Source of the DNA: Desulfomonilia bacterium
GTDB taxonomy: Bacteria > Desulfobacterota > Desulfomonilia > UBA1062
Assembly: GCA_963664325.2 (NCBI GenBank)
Contig: CAXXDQ010000004.1
Coordinates: forward strand, 640,001-704,000
Length of the DNA: 64,000 bases
Direction: 5' to 3'
Shown here: piece by piece, positions 10,391 to 20,330 of the stretch
Layout: the number at the start of each line of letters is the position of its first letter
How positions within the stretch are numbered: the stretch's first letter is position 1
The notes under the pieces: model-generated
What the model was told of the DNA's origin: nothing
What the model saw: the letters and a program-made list of their open reading frames with translations, nothing else
Databases searched by the model: none
Made by a program: the position numbers and the translations under genes

Positions 10391-11512
10391 CTACAAGCCG
10401 CTGAGGAATCCTTTGATGATCTCCGTCAGGTGTCTTGTATCCGTGAGAAAGGCGTCATGCCCGTGGTCGGTTTCGATTTCGGTATATGAGACCCTGACAT
10501 TGAGCGCGGTAAAGAACTTCACGATTTCGCGACCCTGCGACGGCGGGTACAGCCAGTCCGAGGTGAAGGTCACGACAAGGCCTTTCTTTGATCCGAGATC
10601 AAGCACCCGGCCCCTGGCCCTGCCCTCGCCTCGCGTTCGTGTCGGGCCGGAGAGAGATGTTATCAAATCAAAGTTGTCGACCGCGTTCGTTATATAAAGA
10701 TAGCTGTTTGCATCAAAGCGCTTAACAAAGGATATGCCCTGATAATCAAGATAGTGTTCTATCTCAAACGAAGGCCTGAAAACATTTTTAGTGGCAGCGC
10801 CTTTTTTTGAACGGCCGAACTTCTCCTGCATCATCTGCTCGGAAAGGTAGGTGATATGGCCGATCATCCTCGCTACCGAGAGCCCTGCTTCCGGTGAGAT
10901 CTCGCCGTAATAATTGCCTTCGTTCCAGCGGGGGTCCGACATTATAGCGCGCCGGCCGACCTCGTTGAACGCTATCTGCTGGGCCGAATGCTTGAGCGCC
11001 GTGGCGATCGCTATGAAGGAATCGGTCATGCCGGTATAGTCCCCGAAAAGCTGCAAGGCCTGCATGCCGCCCATGGAACCGCCTACCACGCACAGCAGAC
11101 GTTTGATTCCCAGCTGGGACAGCAGGGCCCTCTGAACCTCAACCATATCGCGGATTGATATCACCGGAAAGGCAAGCGCCCATGGTTTGCCTGTTCCGGG
11201 GTTGATCGAGGCGGGGCCGGTCGTTCCCTTGCAGCCGCCTATCACGTTTGCACAGCATATAAAATACCGGTCCGTATCAAAAGCCTTGCCCGGGCCTACC
11301 ATCAAGTCCCACCAGCCGGGCTTGTTTTCACCTTTATGGAAAAATGCGGCATGGGCGTCGCCGGAAAGCGCATGCTCGATAAGTATTGCGTTATCACCAG
11401 CCGGGCTCAAGGTCCCGTAGGTTTCGTACGCTATGTCGATCTCAGGAAGGACAGCCCCTGATTCAAGCGTAAAGGGCCTCTTTAACTGCAATATCTTCGT
11501 TTCAACGATCAT
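10391..11512 (-). CDS. metX: Homoserine O-acetyltransferase
   Basis: HALSGD, GWWDLMVGPGKAFDT, GGSMGG nucleophile, RFDANSY, HGHDAFL. Confidence 0.95.
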   Translation of the reverse strand: MIVETKILQLKRPFTLESGAVLPEIDIAYETYGTLSPAGDNAILIEHALSGDAHAAFFHKGENKPGWWDLMVGPGKAFDTDRYFICCANVIGGCKGTTGPASINPGTGKPWALAFPVISIRDMVEVQRALLSQLGIKRLLCVVGGSMGGMQALQLFGDYTGMTDSFIAIATALKHSAQQIAFNEVGRRAIMSDPRWNEGNYYGEISPEAGLSVARMIGHITYLSEQMMQEKFGRSKKGAATKNVFRPSFEIEHYLDYQGISFVKRFDANSYLYITNAVDNFDLITSLSGPTRTRGEGRARGRVLDLGSKKGLVVTFTSDWLYPPSQGREIVKFFTALNVRVSYTEIETDHGHDAFLTDTRHLTEIIKGFLSGL

Positions 11513-12108
11513 GCCCGCCTCAGACTGAAAAGCCCGCCCTTGACAAGAAGATCCGGAAAGGGCGGTTTTTTGACGGCAACATGCCCGAACGGCATGAAAT
11601 ATCTTGCGTCCTCGATAACAACCCCCATTTCATGAAGCAGGTCCTCGAACTCGCTCACGGTGAAGAACCTTATGACAGGGCTGTCATGCCACGAGCCGTC
11701 AAACCTTATATCGGTGCTGATCCGGCCTTTTAAAAACATGTGAAGCCTGTTCGCTATATAGCCGAAGTTTGAAACGGAGATAATTGCGTTAAGCCCCACC
11801 CTGAGCATTTCCTCAATTACCCTGTGGGGTTTGTTGATCACCTGGAGGGTTTCGTTGAGTATTACATATTCAAAGCTCATGTCATCAAGGTTTGAAATCC
11901 CTTCGTCGATGTCGTCCTGATAGACGCAGATGCCGTTTTTGAGGCACTCGATGATCTTTTCCTCGGATATTTCAACACCGACGGTATAGGCATTTTTATT
12001 CTCGGCCAGCCTTTTGAGCAGCCTTCCGTCACCGCAGCCCAGGTCCAGGACCCTGGCGCCCGGCCTTATCCATTGCTCGATTATTGAATGGTTGCGGTCT
12101 GTGTCCAT
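11509..12108 (-). CDS. metW: Methionine biosynthesis protein MetW (SAM-binding)
   Basis: RVLDLGCGDG; overlaps the metX start by 4 nt. Confidence 0.88.
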   Translation of the reverse strand: MDTDRNHSIIEQWIRPGARVLDLGCGDGRLLKRLAENKNAYTVGVEISEEKIIECLKNGICVYQDDIDEGISNLDDMSFEYVILNETLQVINKPHRVIEEMLRVGLNAIISVSNFGYIANRLHMFLKGRISTDIRFDGSWHDSPVIRFFTVSEFEDLLHEMGVVIEDARYFMPFGHVAVKKPPFPDLLVKGGLFSLRRA

Positions 12109-12302
12109 CTGTCAGTTTTAATGCGAAAAGGACGTTGTCAGCACCGTCCGTGTTTTTCGGTTGTTCGTAGTGATGCGGTATTTTCAGGTGTACTTTTAAT
12201 TCTACCTGCCGCCATGTTTGGCAGTTTAGCTCGATAGCCGATGAGCAGGATCAATTTCTCCACCCGGCAGAGCAACGGCCACCAGTCTGTCAGCCGTGTT
12301 TT

Positions 12303-12530
12303 CTATACAGACTCCACCGCTTTTACGCCGGGAACATCCTGCTTTACGATTTTTTCAATCATGTTTTTGAGTGTGACCGTGGCCATCGGACAGCCTCCGC
12401 ACGCGCCCTGAAGCTTGACCTTCACAACCCCGTCGTCTGTTACATCGATAAGCTGGACGTCGCCGCCGTCGCCTCTCAGGTATGTCCTTGTCTTATCCAG
12501 CGCCTTTTCAACTTCTTCCTTTGTTACCAT
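12303..12530 (-). CDS. NifU/NfuA C-terminal domain Fe-S carrier
   Basis: DGGDV..GACGGCP motif; start refined to ATG 12530 (GGAGG RBS). Confidence 0.92.
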   Translation of the reverse strand: MVTKEEVEKALDKTRTYLRGDGGDVQLIDVTDDGVVKVKLQGACGGCPMATVTLKNMIEKIVKQDVPGVKAVESV

Positions 12531-12615
12531 AATTTTTCCTCCTGTGCTTTCCATGCTGTTCTCAGCGGTTTATGTGAACTCCGCTTACCAGCACCGGGCT
12601 TTTGCGGTCAAGTGT

Positions 12616-13548
12616 TTATATTCCGTCACCTTCCGAGAAACTGAGTTCTTTAAAGCCGTTCTGCATGATCCTGCTTCCCGGGGGAAGACTGTGTGTGAGC
12701 CATACGTTGCCGCCGATTTCCGAGCCTCTTCCGATTGTGACACGCCCGAGAATCGTCGCCCCTGCATAAATTACAACATCGTCTTCCACGATCGGGTGCC
12801 GCGGGATGCCTTTCATCGGGTTACCCTCGGCGTCCAGCGGGAAGCTTTTCGCTCCGAGTGTTACTCCCTGATAGATGCGCACATTTCTGCCGATCACTGT
12901 CGTCTCACCCATAACCACACCCGTGCCGTGGTCGATAAAGAAATACTCCCCAATGGCCGCGCCGGGATGGATGTCTATGCCCGTCTCGGAGTGCGCCAGT
13001 TCGGTAATGATCCTCGGGATAAGCGGCACTTCGAGCATATAGAGTTCATGGGCAATCCTGTAATTGGTGATGGCCTTGATGCTCGGGTAGCAGTATATTG
13101 TTTCCCCGTGGCTCTTTGCAGCAGGGTCGCCGTCATACGCAGCCTCGACATCTTTTGACAGCAGAGCCCTTATATGGTGCAGCCTTTTTAAAAATTCCGT
13201 GGTCAGATGGCTTGCACGGTCAAGGCATTCCGGTTCACACGGGTCCTTGTCAATGTCACATGAGAAGCAATAGCCTCTTTTTATCTGCTCAAGCAGGTTT
13301 CTTGAAACCACATCCAGGGTTGAACCTACATAATATGGCATGGTCTCGATCGTGAATTCCGATATGCCGAAATAACCCGGGAATAAAACCGACCTCAGGT
13401 TTTCAACTATAGTATTAAGTATCTCAACAGACGGCATCGGTATGTGATGGTTGCTCCTGTGCGACACCACCTTGTAAGATTCGGGCGCGCATAGATCTTC
13501 TACCACCTTGGTTAACGTTTCCTGTATATCAGCGATCTTGTCTTTCAT
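12616..13548 (-). CDS. cysE: Serine O-acetyltransferase (EpsC-type CysE)
   Basis: GDPAA, TGIDIHPGA, FFIDHGTGVV, YQGVTLGA, RHP hexapeptide-repeat motifs. Confidence 0.95.
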   Translation of the reverse strand: MKDKIADIQETLTKVVEDLCAPESYKVVSHRSNHHIPMPSVEILNTIVENLRSVLFPGYFGISEFTIETMPYYVGSTLDVVSRNLLEQIKRGYCFSCDIDKDPCEPECLDRASHLTTEFLKRLHHIRALLSKDVEAAYDGDPAAKSHGETIYCYPSIKAITNYRIAHELYMLEVPLIPRIITELAHSETGIDIHPGAAIGEYFFIDHGTGVVMGETTVIGRNVRIYQGVTLGAKSFPLDAEGNPMKGIPRHPIVEDDVVIYAGATILGRVTIGRGSEIGGNVWLTHSLPPGSRIMQNGFKELSFSEGDGI

Positions 13549-13578
13549 GGCATATAACTATACCACAAATAAATATTT

Positions 13579-13604
13579 ATTCACTACCGACTTGCTAGAT
13601 TTAT
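13579..13604. promoter_or_regulatory. Possible Rrf2-family (IscR/CymR-like) operator upstream of cysE
   Basis: Imperfect palindrome ATTCACTACC-GACTT-GCTAGATTTAT about 30-55 nt before the cysE start. Confidence 0.3.
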
Positions 13605-13767
13605 TATAAATATTCTTACGGGCGGGAAGCGGGAAGGAATAAAGCAGCACTCTGCACGAGTAAGCAGCTGTCAGGCTGTCGAACTGATGAGCTGTCGGCA
13701 GGTGAGCTGCAAAATTGTAAAACGGAATCAAAATCCGTCCGGCTAATCAGCCTGTCAGGTTAAAGGC

Positions 13768-14226
13768 TCATCCCTCCAGCGCCTTAAGCGCAAGAGGTAC
13801 GGTATCCTCGGGCGCGATCTTGTATGATGCGCCAAGAACGATGCCTTTTTCATCAATTAATATTACCGAGCGGATGATCCCGGACACCTCTTTGCCGTAC
13901 ATCATTTTTTTGCCGAATGCCCCGTATGCATTTGCAACAGCCTTGTCCGGGTCTGAAAGCAGGGTGAAGTTGAGGCTGTATTTTTCATCAAAATTCTTAA
14001 GGGTTTCGGGTTTGTCCGGGCTTATGCCGATTGCAGCAATACCCTTTTGCTTCAGCTCGTCAAGAGCGTCCCTGACCGAGACGGCCTGCCTTGTTCACCC
14101 CGATGTGAGCGCCTTGCCATAAAAGTACACAAGGACTTTCTTGCCTGAAAAATCAGTTAGTTTGACAGTTCTTCCGTTCTGATCCAAAAGCGAAAACACC
14201 TGGGCAGAATCACCTTTCTTCAACAA
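13768..14226 (-). CDS. bcp: BCP/PrxQ peroxiredoxin, probable selenoprotein (Sec at codon 44)
   Basis: GGAGGTG RBS, TTG start; MLKKGDSAQVFSLLDQNG...VYFYGKALTSG-TGA-TRQAV...GISPD...FTLLSDPD...GIIRS...EG*. The in-frame TGA at 14095-14097 sits at the peroxidatic Cys position; 152 aa. Confidence 0.88.
14061..14093 (-). promoter_or_regulatory. Bacterial SECIS-like hairpin of bcp
   Basis: After UGA: CAAG..CGTCTC-GGTCA-GGGACG..CTTG; G-initiated apical loop begins 17 nt after the UGA. Confidence 0.7.
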
Positions 14227-14375
14227 GTATCACCTCCTGTTGTTTCTATATCTGATTTCGTGATTTTTTCAGAATAACATTAGCAAATTCCTTGATTCGC
14301 TCATCTTCAGACATATAATCTTTATTAAAGAACTTTGTTTCTTGTTACCTGATATTTGAGAAGGGGGGTTGTTTG

Positions 14376-15833
14376 ATGAAATGCTGGAATTTGATAATGG
14401 CATTTGTTGTTCTGCTTTTAACCGCCTGCGTTCCCGCAAACCTGCCTGAAAAGGTCTATTTCAAGGGCAATACGAGGTCCATGAACAGCCGCTATTATGC
14501 CGCAATCAGCAGCGGGAATATCTGGGTAAAACCCAATGTCGAGCGGACAGGCCTAAGCGGTAAATGGGTTATGCTTGAGAACCTGCCGTCGGGCCTTGCT
14601 GGCAAGGTGACGGAGTTTGCCATGGATGACGAGCATATCATCGCATTGAACAGGGAGCGTCAGATTTACACCATGTGGAACGCCCTTGATGAAGTCTCAA
14701 AATTCAGGTGGCAGAAGCAATGGGGCCTGCCTTTCTGGTATGGCCCGGGCATGAAGCTGAGACCGGATGTCATGAAATGGGATTTCTCTGTGGTATCAAT
14801 ACCTGAAGACGGCTACTGGACTGACCCGGCAGGCAACTTAAGGAAAGTGGGCTCCGCCAAGTGCTCGCATATAATCATGCTCAATTCCGGCGGACAGACC
14901 ATCACGTTCAACGACCCGTGGCTGCCGCGCGATTACAGTTACGGGATCGGTACGCCGTTCAGGGGCAGGTTCATCTCGGTCAACCTGAGCTCGAGCGGTT
15001 CAACGCATTTCATAATCAACAGATACGGCGATATGTTCACGAGGATGTTCGACTTCGACATATCAGGGCTCGATCAGTTCATGCCGTATTCTTATGAAGA
15101 CCAGCGGGGCATTTCGGGAAATCCCGATTCCATATTCCAGGTTATCCAGCTTCCGGCCGAGGACTGGCTCAAACAGCCGAAAATCTTGACAACAGGCAGG
15201 GCCTCAATTACGGACCGCATCAGCATCCAGAAGATAGGCAAAAACTGCATTCACAGGACGCTTCGTGTCGAAGGCACGGATGAGGGCGGCAATACAGGCT
15301 TTTATGAAAAGGATATAAGGGGAATCGGAAGCGCCTCCTGGGTGTTTCATAAAACCGGTGAGAAGCTTGCCGGGAAGACCCTTGATAACAAACCCTATGA
15401 CAGCTCTGCCGAGGCTCTCGGCCAAAGCGACGACCTGGCCTATTCAATGAAGGCTGACGGCTTCACGGCCAGCATCCCGGATTTCAACTGCTACAATCCG
15501 CCCGCGACGCTCGAAATAAGACTTTCAGGAGGCAGCTCTATAAGCCTTCCCCTGCACTACCGGGAGACCATAAGGGTCAGCGAACGCGCAGCAGGAATCG
15601 ACAATGATCCCAGGCTTTTCCTGGGCGCGATAGAAGCGCCGCAGACGTTCATCGATTCGCTGAAGGAAGCGCCGGAAGAGGTGAAGGCCTTTGCAGGGAA
15701 ATACCTCGAAACCGATGACGGCCGCTTTACCGAAATACGCATTACAGTAGCGCTCGATTTGCTCGAAATCAAAAGTACGAATATCGGTTGGCTTTTCGAG
15801 CGCCTGGAGCAGGATAAAGATCAGGCCCGGTAG
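14376..15833 (+). CDS. Hypothetical lipoprotein (beta-rich)
   Basis: Lipobox LLLTAC after a hydrophobic stretch; about 485 aa; no recognisable family. Confidence 0.75.
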   Translation: MKCWNLIMAFVVLLLTACVPANLPEKVYFKGNTRSMNSRYYAAISSGNIWVKPNVERTGLSGKWVMLENLPSGLAGKVTEFAMDDEHIIALNRERQIYTMWNALDEVSKFRWQKQWGLPFWYGPGMKLRPDVMKWDFSVVSIPEDGYWTDPAGNLRKVGSAKCSHIIMLNSGGQTITFNDPWLPRDYSYGIGTPFRGRFISVNLSSSGSTHFIINRYGDMFTRMFDFDISGLDQFMPYSYEDQRGISGNPDSIFQVIQLPAEDWLKQPKILTTGRASITDRISIQKIGKNCIHRTLRVEGTDEGGNTGFYEKDIRGIGSASWVFHKTGEKLAGKTLDNKPYDSSAEALGQSDDLAYSMKADGFTASIPDFNCYNPPATLEIRLSGGSSISLPLHYRETIRVSERAAGIDNDPRLFLGAIEAPQTFIDSLKEAPEEVKAFAGKYLETDDGRFTEIRITVALDLLEIKSTNIGWLFERLEQDKDQAR

Positions 15834-15951
15834 AAGACAGGCTGTTGCAGAAAAATATCCATGAAAGGGCCAATGAAAACCCAGCCACGATCTCATTGGC
15901 CAATGAAAGATTAAAACGCCGGAAAAATTCAATGCCGTCCAAAGAGAACCG

Positions 15952-15990
15952 TTGACAACCGTATAAAAAAGTCATATTGGTTGAACCAAT
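15952..15990 (+). promoter_or_regulatory. Sigma70 promoter overlapped by a FadR-type operator
   Basis: TTGACA at 15952-15957; palindrome ATTGGT-TGA-ACCAAT at 15976-15990 (TGGT-N3-ACCA box) over the -10 region; a second palindrome TCATTGGCCAATGA at 15893-15906. Confidence 0.7.
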
Positions 15991-16034
15991 GATTCACTGA
16001 ATCAATTATATGTTTAACAGAAAGGATGTATACG

Positions 16035-16742
16035 ATGCCAGTTCACACAGTCATTGCTCACCCGCTCATGCGTTCCCGTCTCAGCGAGGAAATCGTCACC
16101 ATCATCCAGAAACAGATCATGTCCGGTGATATAGCTCCGGGCGCTAAACTGCCCACAGAACGCGAACTGGCAGAATCGTTCAAGGTCAACCGCACTACAC
16201 TTCGCGAGGCCCTGCGCCGACTTGAGAATCTTGAGCTTCTTGATATCCGCCACGGTGACGGGGTGTATGCAAAAGATTTCCTTCAGAGCAGCAACCTCGA
16301 TCTGATCAAATCCGCTTTCGCCATGGATGAGCACAACGAAACTTTCTTTAATGTGCTGGAAGTGCGCCGTATCGTCGTGCCGGAAATGGCCGCTCTTGCG
16401 GCACAAAGGCGCACAACCGAAAATTTGGCGGAACTTGAACAGGTCATTTCACGCCAGGATATGTCCATACTTGAGCAGGACATCAAGGTCAATCAGCTGA
16501 TTGCCCGTGCCACCCGCAATCCGGTTTATACAATCATGCAGAACTTCTTCTATCAGATCAACCGCGAGTACACTTCCCTGTATTTCAAAAACAAAGATAT
16601 GATTGAGCGGACCCGCAATTTCCATCACAGGCTGTTTAATGCCATCAAAAACAGAGATGCATCTGAAGCCCGCCGCATCATGCTGGAGGGAATGGTACAT
16701 TCGGAAGAAAGGCTCAGGAAGTATCTGTCCGGAAAAAGATAA
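16035..16742 (+). CDS. GntR/FadR family transcriptional regulator
   Basis: PGAKLPTERELAESFKVNRTTLREAL wHTH followed by an FCD domain. Confidence 0.93.
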   Translation: MPVHTVIAHPLMRSRLSEEIVTIIQKQIMSGDIAPGAKLPTERELAESFKVNRTTLREALRRLENLELLDIRHGDGVYAKDFLQSSNLDLIKSAFAMDEHNETFFNVLEVRRIVVPEMAALAAQRRTTENLAELEQVISRQDMSILEQDIKVNQLIARATRNPVYTIMQNFFYQINREYTSLYFKNKDMIERTRNFHHRLFNAIKNRDASEARRIMLEGMVHSEERLRKYLSGKR

Positions 16743-16761
16743 TCATAAAGAGGGATGCTTC

Positions 16762-18396
16762 ATGCACAGATTTATCGAAAACCACAACAGCGAACATTTC
16801 GATGTTATCGTGATCGGCGGAGGCATTACCGGCGCCTCAGTGGCCTATGAGGCAGCCACCCGGGGGTTGAAGGTGGCGCTTGTGGAGAAGCGGGACTTCT
16901 CCTGGGCAACTTCGGCAGCCACTTCCAAACTGATACACGGGGGTTTGCGATATCTTGCAACCGGCGAGTTTGGCCTTGTGCGCGAGTCACTTCGCGAGAG
17001 GCGTGTGCTGGGAAATATCGCCCCCAACTTCGTCTATCCCCATCCTATGATGATAACACATTCTCACACTCCTATTAACAACAACAAATGGGTCGTTAAA
17101 ATCGGCATGGTAATGTACGATGTCCTTTCGTACGACAAGAATTATACCTGGGACGCAAGCAAACGCATTCCCATGCATCAGAGCATCTCCAGGGAAGAGG
17201 TGCTGCGGAGCGAACCGAACGTAAGGGCAAAAGACCTTACCGGGGCCTCGATTTACTATGACTGCATGAGCATCTTCCCTGAACGCTTGACGCTTGCCTT
17301 CATCAAGTCTGCCATTGCCTACGGCGCCAAGGTGGCCAATTACGCCCGTGTCGAGAGATTCACTTTGGACGTCAGGAACAATGTAACTGGCGTTGAGGTC
17401 AAAGACCTCTTAAGCGGCAGTATACATACAATCAGCGGCCGCATCACCATAAACTGCGGCGGGCCCTGGGCGGATATCGTGCTCGGTCTGGCCAGACCGG
17501 ACGGCAAGGTATATTCGCTCAAAAGGTCAGAGGGTATCCATTTCATCACCGGCAAACGCCTTATATCAGGAAAGTATGCGGTAGGGTCCCAGACCCCATC
17601 GGGGCGTTTCTTCCTAATCCCATGGCGCGGGTACACCCTCGTCGGCCTCACGGACAAACCATTTACAGGCAACCCGGACGAGTACCGGGTAACCAGGCAG
17701 AGCATTCAGGAACTGATTGACGAGGTGAACAGTTCTTTCGGGGACGGCAAGCTCACTTATGCAGATATTCGGCATTCCTATGGCGGTCTGAGGCCCCTGG
17801 TGGAAGACCAGACAAAGGAGACCTATTCTTCTTCGCGCAGATACGAGATCTACGACAATGCAGACGACGGGCTGGATGGTCTGATAACTGTCGAGGGCGG
17901 CAAATACACCACCAGCCGCAACCTGGCCGAGAACTGCCTGAAGCTCATCGAGCGAAAACTGGGCCGAAAACTGCCCCTCTCAATCACGAAACAGCGCTTC
18001 CTGTCCGGCTGTTCGATCGTTGACCTGAACGCTTTCTTCTATGCAGTCCAGCGGGACAACAAGGATTTCAGCGGGCCGACGCTCGAGTATCTCAGCCGCA
18101 ACTACGGCACCGAACATGCCATGGTCCTCAAGATGGCGCGAGAGGACAAGGCCCTGGCCGAAACGCTTAATGCCGACGGCGAAATCCTGGCCCAGGTCAT
18201 TTATGCCATACGCCATGAGATGGCCCGCACCCTGAGTGATATCCTGATGCGCCGTACCGGTATCGGCACGCTGGGTCATCCCGGTGAGGAGATATTGCGC
18301 AAGGTGGCGGCACTCGCAGCCAGAGAGCTCAAATGGGATGCAATGAGGATGGAACGGGAATTCACGGCCGCCAATGACCTGCTCACGCTACCGTAG
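16762..18396 (+). CDS. FAD-dependent glycerol-3-phosphate dehydrogenase/oxidase (GlpD family)
   Basis: Start refined to 16762; IGGGITG, TSKLIHGGLRYL, GLRPL, GGKYTTSR, RRT motifs. Confidence 0.9.
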   Translation: MHRFIENHNSEHFDVIVIGGGITGASVAYEAATRGLKVALVEKRDFSWATSAATSKLIHGGLRYLATGEFGLVRESLRERRVLGNIAPNFVYPHPMMITHSHTPINNNKWVVKIGMVMYDVLSYDKNYTWDASKRIPMHQSISREEVLRSEPNVRAKDLTGASIYYDCMSIFPERLTLAFIKSAIAYGAKVANYARVERFTLDVRNNVTGVEVKDLLSGSIHTISGRITINCGGPWADIVLGLARPDGKVYSLKRSEGIHFITGKRLISGKYAVGSQTPSGRFFLIPWRGYTLVGLTDKPFTGNPDEYRVTRQSIQELIDEVNSSFGDGKLTYADIRHSYGGLRPLVEDQTKETYSSSRRYEIYDNADDGLDGLITVEGGKYTTSRNLAENCLKLIERKLGRKLPLSITKQRFLSGCSIVDLNAFFYAVQRDNKDFSGPTLEYLSRNYGTEHAMVLKMAREDKALAETLNADGEILAQVIYAIRHEMARTLSDILMRRTGIGTLGHPGEEILRKVAALAARELKWDAMRMEREFTAANDLLTLP

Positions 18397-18455
18397 GGCA
18401 TGACAAATAGTGAGCGACAATAAAAAACAAACGAGTTTATAAGGAGGATATACAA

Positions 18456-20156
18456 ATGAAGTTGAAAAAATTCAGGCCTGACTGGTCAGAAAAGGCCCCA
18501 ACACCAGGAACCTTTCGTGAAATCGTCAAGTACGGCGATCCCCATCATTTCAAGCATCCCAGCGATGCCTGGGTGAAGATGATGATGCAGGAATTTGGCA
18601 TGACCGATGCGGACTTCTCGCATAAGATAAATGAGGGACACGAGGAGGTGGTGTTGAACCGCCCGTCAGCGCTCAGGCCTGAACAGATAGAGGCGCTCGC
18701 TGCCATCGTTGGAAAGGAGAACGTTGCACAGGACGACTACTCCCGCGTCAAATACTCATCCGCCAAGACCTCCGAGGAGATGTGGGAGCTGCGCCAGGGC
18801 GTCATCCGCGAGGTCTCCGACGTTGTGGTGCATCCGCGCGATAAAAATGACGTGCAGAAGATCGTTAAGTACTGCGACGCCGAGCAAATTTCTGTCACGG
18901 TCTTCAGCGGAGGCTCTTCCTGTAACTTCGGCTGCCGGCCATACAAGGGCGGTGTGTCTCTGGTAATGAGCACACACATGAACAAGCTCCTCGAGATAAA
19001 CGAACTCGCACAGACCGCACGCGTACAGCCCGGCATGTTCGGCCCCGCCTATGAGGAGGCCCTCAACAGCGCCCCGGAGCGCTTCGGCTGCAAACGCCGC
19101 TTCACATGCGGACATTTCCCCCAGTCTTTCGAATATTCAACAGTGGGCGGCTGGGTCCTGACACTGGGCTCTGGCCAGGCCTCGACCTATTACGGCGACG
19201 CCTATCATATCGTTTTCAGCCAGGAATACGTCACCCCGGCAGGCTGCTTCAAGACACTCGATTACCCGGCCACGGCTACAGGCCCCAAGGTAAACGACAT
19301 CATGAAGGGCTCGGAGGGCACCTTCGGCATCCTGGTCGAGGTCACCATGAAGATTTTCCGCTACATGCCTGAAAACCGGCAGCACTTCAGCTTCATGTAT
19401 CCAACCTGGGAGGCAGCGGTTGCTGCCAGCCGGGAGATCATGCAGGGCGAGTTCGGCCTGCCCGCTGTCTACCGCATCTCCGACCCGGAGGAGACTGAAC
19501 GCGGTTTGAAGCTTTACGGTGTGCCGCCATTATTTGATGCGCTGCTCGCCCGCAGGGGTTTCAAGCCCATGCAGCGCTGCCTGTGCATGGGAACCGTCGA
19601 GGGCGACAGGGACTACACCCGGCTGGTAGCTAAAAAGATCAAGGCAATTGCCAGCAGGTATGGCGCCATATCGCTCACCGGCTATGCAGCGCGAAAATGG
19701 GAACATACCCGCTACACCGAACCGTACATGCGCGAGGACTTCATGGATTACGGCCTCTTTTCCGACACTCTGGAAGCCAGCGTTACCTGGGACAACCTCC
19801 ACCGCCTGCATGAAGGTGTGCGCGCCTTTGTCAAGAGCCGTCCGGGCACCATATGCATGACCCATGCCTCGCACTTCTACCCTCAGGGTACAAACCTCTA
19901 CTTCATCTTCCTGGCCCGTATGGATGTGGATGAATTCGTAGCCTTCCAGAATGGCGTCATCGAGCAGATGCTGAAATACGGCGGGACCCTGAGCCACCAC
20001 CACGGGGTGGGCCGCCTGCTCGCGCCCTGGATGGAAAAACACCTGGGGAAGGAACAGATGGCGGTCCTCAGGGCACTGAAACACCACTTCGACCCGAATG
20101 GAATCATGAACCCGGGCGGCCAGCTCGGGCTCGACGAGATCCCTGTCCGGAGGTGA
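18456..20156 (+). CDS. FAD-binding oxidoreductase, alkyl-dihydroxyacetonephosphate synthase-like (VAO family)
   Basis: GHFPQSFEYSTVGGW, GSEGTFG, HASHFY, SHHHGVG, DPNGIMNPG motifs. Confidence 0.88.
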   Translation: MKLKKFRPDWSEKAPTPGTFREIVKYGDPHHFKHPSDAWVKMMMQEFGMTDADFSHKINEGHEEVVLNRPSALRPEQIEALAAIVGKENVAQDDYSRVKYSSAKTSEEMWELRQGVIREVSDVVVHPRDKNDVQKIVKYCDAEQISVTVFSGGSSCNFGCRPYKGGVSLVMSTHMNKLLEINELAQTARVQPGMFGPAYEEALNSAPERFGCKRRFTCGHFPQSFEYSTVGGWVLTLGSGQASTYYGDAYHIVFSQEYVTPAGCFKTLDYPATATGPKVNDIMKGSEGTFGILVEVTMKIFRYMPENRQHFSFMYPTWEAAVAASREIMQGEFGLPAVYRISDPEETERGLKLYGVPPLFDALLARRGFKPMQRCLCMGTVEGDRDYTRLVAKKIKAIASRYGAISLTGYAARKWEHTRYTEPYMREDFMDYGLFSDTLEASVTWDNLHRLHEGVRAFVKSRPGTICMTHASHFYPQGTNLYFIFLARMDVDEFVAFQNGVIEQMLKYGGTLSHHHGVGRLLAPWMEKHLGKEQMAVLRALKHHFDPNGIMNPGGQLGLDEIPVRR

Positions 20157-20330
20157 ATAGTGGACAATCCTTTTTTCATATTGGTTCATAATCAAGTGCC
20201 AAAAACTTGCTACCGGTCTAAATACGAAGGTGGCCAGGCTTTGCTGAAATAGCTGATATTTTGCTGGATGCTGGCCAATAAAAGCTTACGGTTAGATATT
20301 TAATCAAGCCAAACAAGAAGAGGAAGATAA

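Noticed and set aside
12109-12300. Possible SAM-I riboswitch upstream of metW-metX
   Set aside because: Only fragments (CAACC, GGTGC) match; no P1 ATC/GAT pairing or kink-turn core was seen. There is only a weak GGACG/CGTCC hairpin.
13820-14122. 100-aa plus-strand ORF
   Set aside because: Antisense shadow of the Sec-containing bcp gene.
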